From: Octopus bimaculoides
Lineage: Eukaryota
DNA length: 32,698 bases
Assembly: GCF_001194135.2 (NCBI RefSeq)
Contig: NC_068981.1
Coordinates: 92,414,726-92,447,423, forward strand
Direction of reading: 5' to 3'
The notes beneath the pieces are model-generated. The model saw only the letters and a program-made list of their open reading frames with translations. It was not told the origin of the DNA and did no database searches. The translations under genes and the position numbers were made by a program. Positions 29,031-32,698 of the stretch are shown here, piece after piece; within the stretch, counting starts at the first letter, position 1, and each line of letters opens with the position of its first letter.

Positions 29031-30661
29031 TGAATAGTGAAAAGTATGTTTTTTTTTTGTTGAACTAAGTTTTCGATATTGTCTTTCACTTAACGCATGC
29101 GCATAAGTACAATTTCGTGAAATATTCTTTTTTTTATGGGATAAATGGAAAAGATATGAGTGAATATTTATTACATGAGTGCTGTATATTAAGTCTATAA
29201 AATTGTGCATAAACTATATAAAGTGTATATATATAAATGGCATTATGTAATTATCATATTGAAATTTCTTTCACTTTTCATTAAGTAGTAGGTGAGCGAC
29301 TATCTTTCCATACATACACAACATAGGCTACGCTTTCAGGATCTTGGGATAGTTTTCAGAAATAATTTAATACGTTTTCTATTAATTCCGTGAAATATTC
29401 TCGGGTCCCACTAGTATAAATATAATTGTGCTGTAAATAATATATAAACTACTCATTAAAACGGGTTGTCGCAGGTCATACAACAGACGTCTGTTAGAAT
29501 CAATAGGTTTTCTTAATTAATAGCTGGTGATAAATCATTTGGCACAACAATGATCTTTATAGATACAAGAATGACCACATTTATAACATACTAAAAAAGG
29601 AAGATAAATAAATGGATATACATCATAAAGAGTTGTCGACCAAAGTTTTGACCGAATATATCCATAGATGTTAAATAAAAATATATGATAAAAAGACAAT
29701 AAAATAACAAGAACGCAATCTATAGCAAGAATTAATAAGAGATAAGATCTAAAACGTGGAGTATGTAAGAAAGTTGTAAAAGAAATGGTATTTTTTATTG
29801 TAATGGCAATTAGGTACAATAAGAGCGTAGTCTATGTTTTTGGTCGGAATGTCACGTTCGGCTAATTTTGGAAAACATATATGTTTTTCCAAGACCATCG
29901 GGGAGGATACAACCTTCAAACATTTTCACATGCATGCATCCGTACTTCATCTAGCTATCTCTTCGTTATCCTAAGAATTAGAAAGTATTCTACAAAGTGT
30001 TAGATGTTACGTAAATGGCAATGGCTTAGTCGAATTACTGTGTGCCAGAGACCCTCAAACAAGGTAAAGATACAGGAATAATAATAAGTTCACTAATTAC
30101 AGAGGCTGGATTTCTAACGGTCAAAAGGTAGTATTAACAGAGTACACACATATAGTGTAATGGTTTAATCTTTAATATAATATAGGTAGGATTTGTGGAA
30201 TACATCTTGATTTCGGACAATTACATTATCTTATTTGTTAAGGAGACTTAATTTACATTTCATTGATTCATAGATTACAAATACATAAAAAATCATATTT
30301 ATCTTTACGACCTCTATAACCTATCCTAATCAGGTGATGGTATTAAGTTACAAATGGGCTCAGCCAATCATTGGATGAAACATATCTGAGTTATCAAAGT
30401 TATCAATACGAATTACTAATAACATGTTAATTTTGTTAGGACATAGTAGTAAGAAACTGTAGTCGTGTGCAACATACTACGGAAAATTGGAATCCTAAAC
30501 CTCATAACTAGGATATGTTAAAGCTGTGATTATCTGCTAATTTCATGGACACTACTTAGCCACTCCGCAAGTCCGTAAGTCCAATTAAACAGGATTGAAA
30601 TACAAAATTACAGAAATTATACACAGTAAAGGGAGAAAAAATTTAAACTCAACGCATGCCG

Positions 30662-30666
<5 letters not shown>

Positions 30667-30705
<39 letters not shown>
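30667..30705. repeat. (TA)n microsatellite
   Basis: Seen directly. Confidence 0.97.
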
Positions 30706-30706
<1 letters not shown>

Positions 30707-30708
<2 letters not shown>

Positions 30709-30806
30709 GGGGTCGATAAATGAAGTACCAGTTGAGCACTGGAGTCGATGTGATTGAATATCCCACTTCTCCACATTTCAGTCCTTGTGACTATAATAGG
30801 AATATT
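30707..30806 (+). mobile_element. SINE family B, 5'-truncated copy
   Basis: TCGGGGTCGATAAATGAAGTACCAGTTGAGCACTGGAGTCGATG plus tail. Confidence 0.85.
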
Positions 30807-30818
30807 TTTGTGTATAGA

Positions 30819-30993
30819 AGGCGGTGAGCTGACAGAATCGTTAGCACACCGGGCGAAATGCTCAGCGGTGTTTCGACTTTGCCTTTCATATTTTCGGGGT
30901 CATTTAATTAAGTACCAGTTCCTGAGGTCGATGAAATCGATTTAATCCCTTCCCCCAAATTTGAGACCTTGTCCTTCCAGCAAAAAGTATTAT
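30819..30993 (+). mobile_element. SINE family B, copy with internal deletion of the B-box region
   Basis: Head AGGCGGTGAGCTGACAGAATCGTTAGCACACCGGGCGAAATGCTCAGCGGTGTTTC joins directly to GACTTTGCCTTTCAT..AAGTACCAG, then the tail. Confidence 0.87.
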
Positions 30994-31008
30994 ATACATA
31001 TACATATA

Positions 31009-31044
<36 letters not shown>

Positions 31045-31114
31045 TGTATGTATGTATGTATGCATGTATGCATGTATGTATGTATGTATGTATGTATATG
31101 TGTGTGCGTGTGTG

Positions 31115-31155
<41 letters not shown>
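30994..31155. repeat. Compound (TA)/(TATG)/(TG) microsatellite
   Basis: Seen directly. Confidence 0.95.
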
Positions 31156-31589
31156 TGTATTATTTCGGTTAGATTAAAGGTCATAAGTTAATTATTTGCA
31201 TTATGTAGTAAGGAAATGCGATGGACAACATGTAATTATTTCACTTACTAGATTAATAAGACTTACGTTACACGCAATTGGTTCATATGGTTCAGATATA
31301 TACAAATTACATTTATTATAATAATGTTTTTTTACTACACTTAAATGGTTGTACTGTGATGCTTATTTTTGCGTACAACAGTGTTTTAACATTAACTAAT
31401 TTACACTAGGTTCAAGCAGTCGCAAAAAGAGGTCAATTTCCCATTGCACATGATTTCAAGACACATCTGTATGTTACAGAAATATATCGATTATTTCTTT
31501 CTGGAGAATATTTGGTGTCCCAATAATTACGCTATTGGAACTTCAAAATTTTGAATTCGGAATGATCTTAATTTTTCTCCTCATATATA

Positions 31590-31615
31590 AATGTGTGTGT
31601 ATATATATATATTTT

Positions 31616-31666
<51 letters not shown>

Positions 31667-31780
31667 CGTGTGTGTGTGTGTATGTATGTATGTATGTATG
31701 CATGTATATATAATATATAATATATATATATATTATATTATATTGTATTATATCATATCATGTTATATTATATATACCTT
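31590..31780. repeat. Compound (TG)/(TA)/(TATG)/(TATTA) microsatellite
   Basis: Seen directly. Confidence 0.9.
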
Positions 31781-32698
31781 TAATGCTCTTTCTTGTTCCT
31801 ATATTGTATATAACTTCTATTTGAAATGCATGTGCTAATGCTAAAGGATAAGGCATATATATATTTTCAGATATACAGGAAATGATTTTATTACCTTCAC
31901 GTTATTTATTTAAACTACACTAAATATATACGCTGGAAACCTAATTTGGGGAAAAGGTAATATATTCAAATTCAATAGATATTCCTGTGTGTCATTTTAA
32001 GGAAATATATTTTCCAACATCAATCGCACTCATTTCGTTAGTATGAATGAAGAAGTGTTTTATTTTTGCATCTAATAAACTCCATATTAGAAAATGCACT
32101 TTCTGCATTTCTATTCCGCATAACGGGCATTTATTTTTAATATTGCTGATAAAAACTTATATTCAAGGTTGTTTATTACCGAATAGATGAAAATTATTCA
32201 AGTTGAAATTGAAAATAGATATAATCATTCGCATGCTTCATAGAACCGCACGCACACACACACACACACACACAGTCGAATTTCTAATGCGCGGAAAATG
32301 TTATACATATAGAAAGAAAATTACATGACATCCATCAGTGAATCCATCAATCCATCTCTCAGTGCTTATATATATCAATTCATATCTGTGCATCTTGGTG
32401 ACTAGAAAGATTTTAGCGTTACCTATCTAATGACGTGCTGAAAGGCGTTATCTCTTATATTGAAGCAATGGGATGAGGGAGCATTATGCAACCGAGATCT
32501 ACTACCAATCGCTCGGCAAACGGAGCCCATATTTGTATCGATAAGGTTCTTTTTTACACAGAAAATTTAATCATATGAATTTTAAAACATTAATTGTAAA
32601 TGTATTTACTACATAAATATAAATGTATATGTATATAGATACACACATACACACACACATAGTTTTTATATGCATAGCTATCTATCTATATATGTATA

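Noticed and set aside
30004-30063. 60-nt segment open in two frames and ending at AAG|GTAAAG
   Set aside because: Weak acceptor, no recognisable peptide, too short to distinguish from chance.

Overview
AT-rich eukaryotic (animal) genomic DNA, almost entirely decayed transposable elements, SINEs and microsatellites, with five N-gaps each abutting a simple-repeat tract. I could not recognise an intact protein-coding gene, rRNA, true tRNA or CRISPR array. In order along the window: (1) the 3' end of a Helitron (degenerate PIF1-like helicase, subterminal hairpin, CTAG) with nested SINEs; (2) an R4/Dong-type RT fragment; (3) a Penelope-like GIY-YIG fragment whose 3' tail carries a minimal type I hammerhead ribozyme motif; (4) a ~2.9 kb HERO-type non-LTR element (zinc finger plus RT) that has lost its endonuclease by an in-frame internal deletion; (5) two Tc1/maT-like fragments; (6) three mariner derivatives, one a foldback element made of two 5' ends; (7) many tRNA-derived SINEs, including two head-to-head inverted pairs. 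The SINE families and microsatellite load look like an octopus genome; this is an inference from my recollection of such repeats, not a database result. I found no convincing new biological system. The most testable items are the hammerhead motif, the foldback mariner and the endonuclease-less HERO copy.
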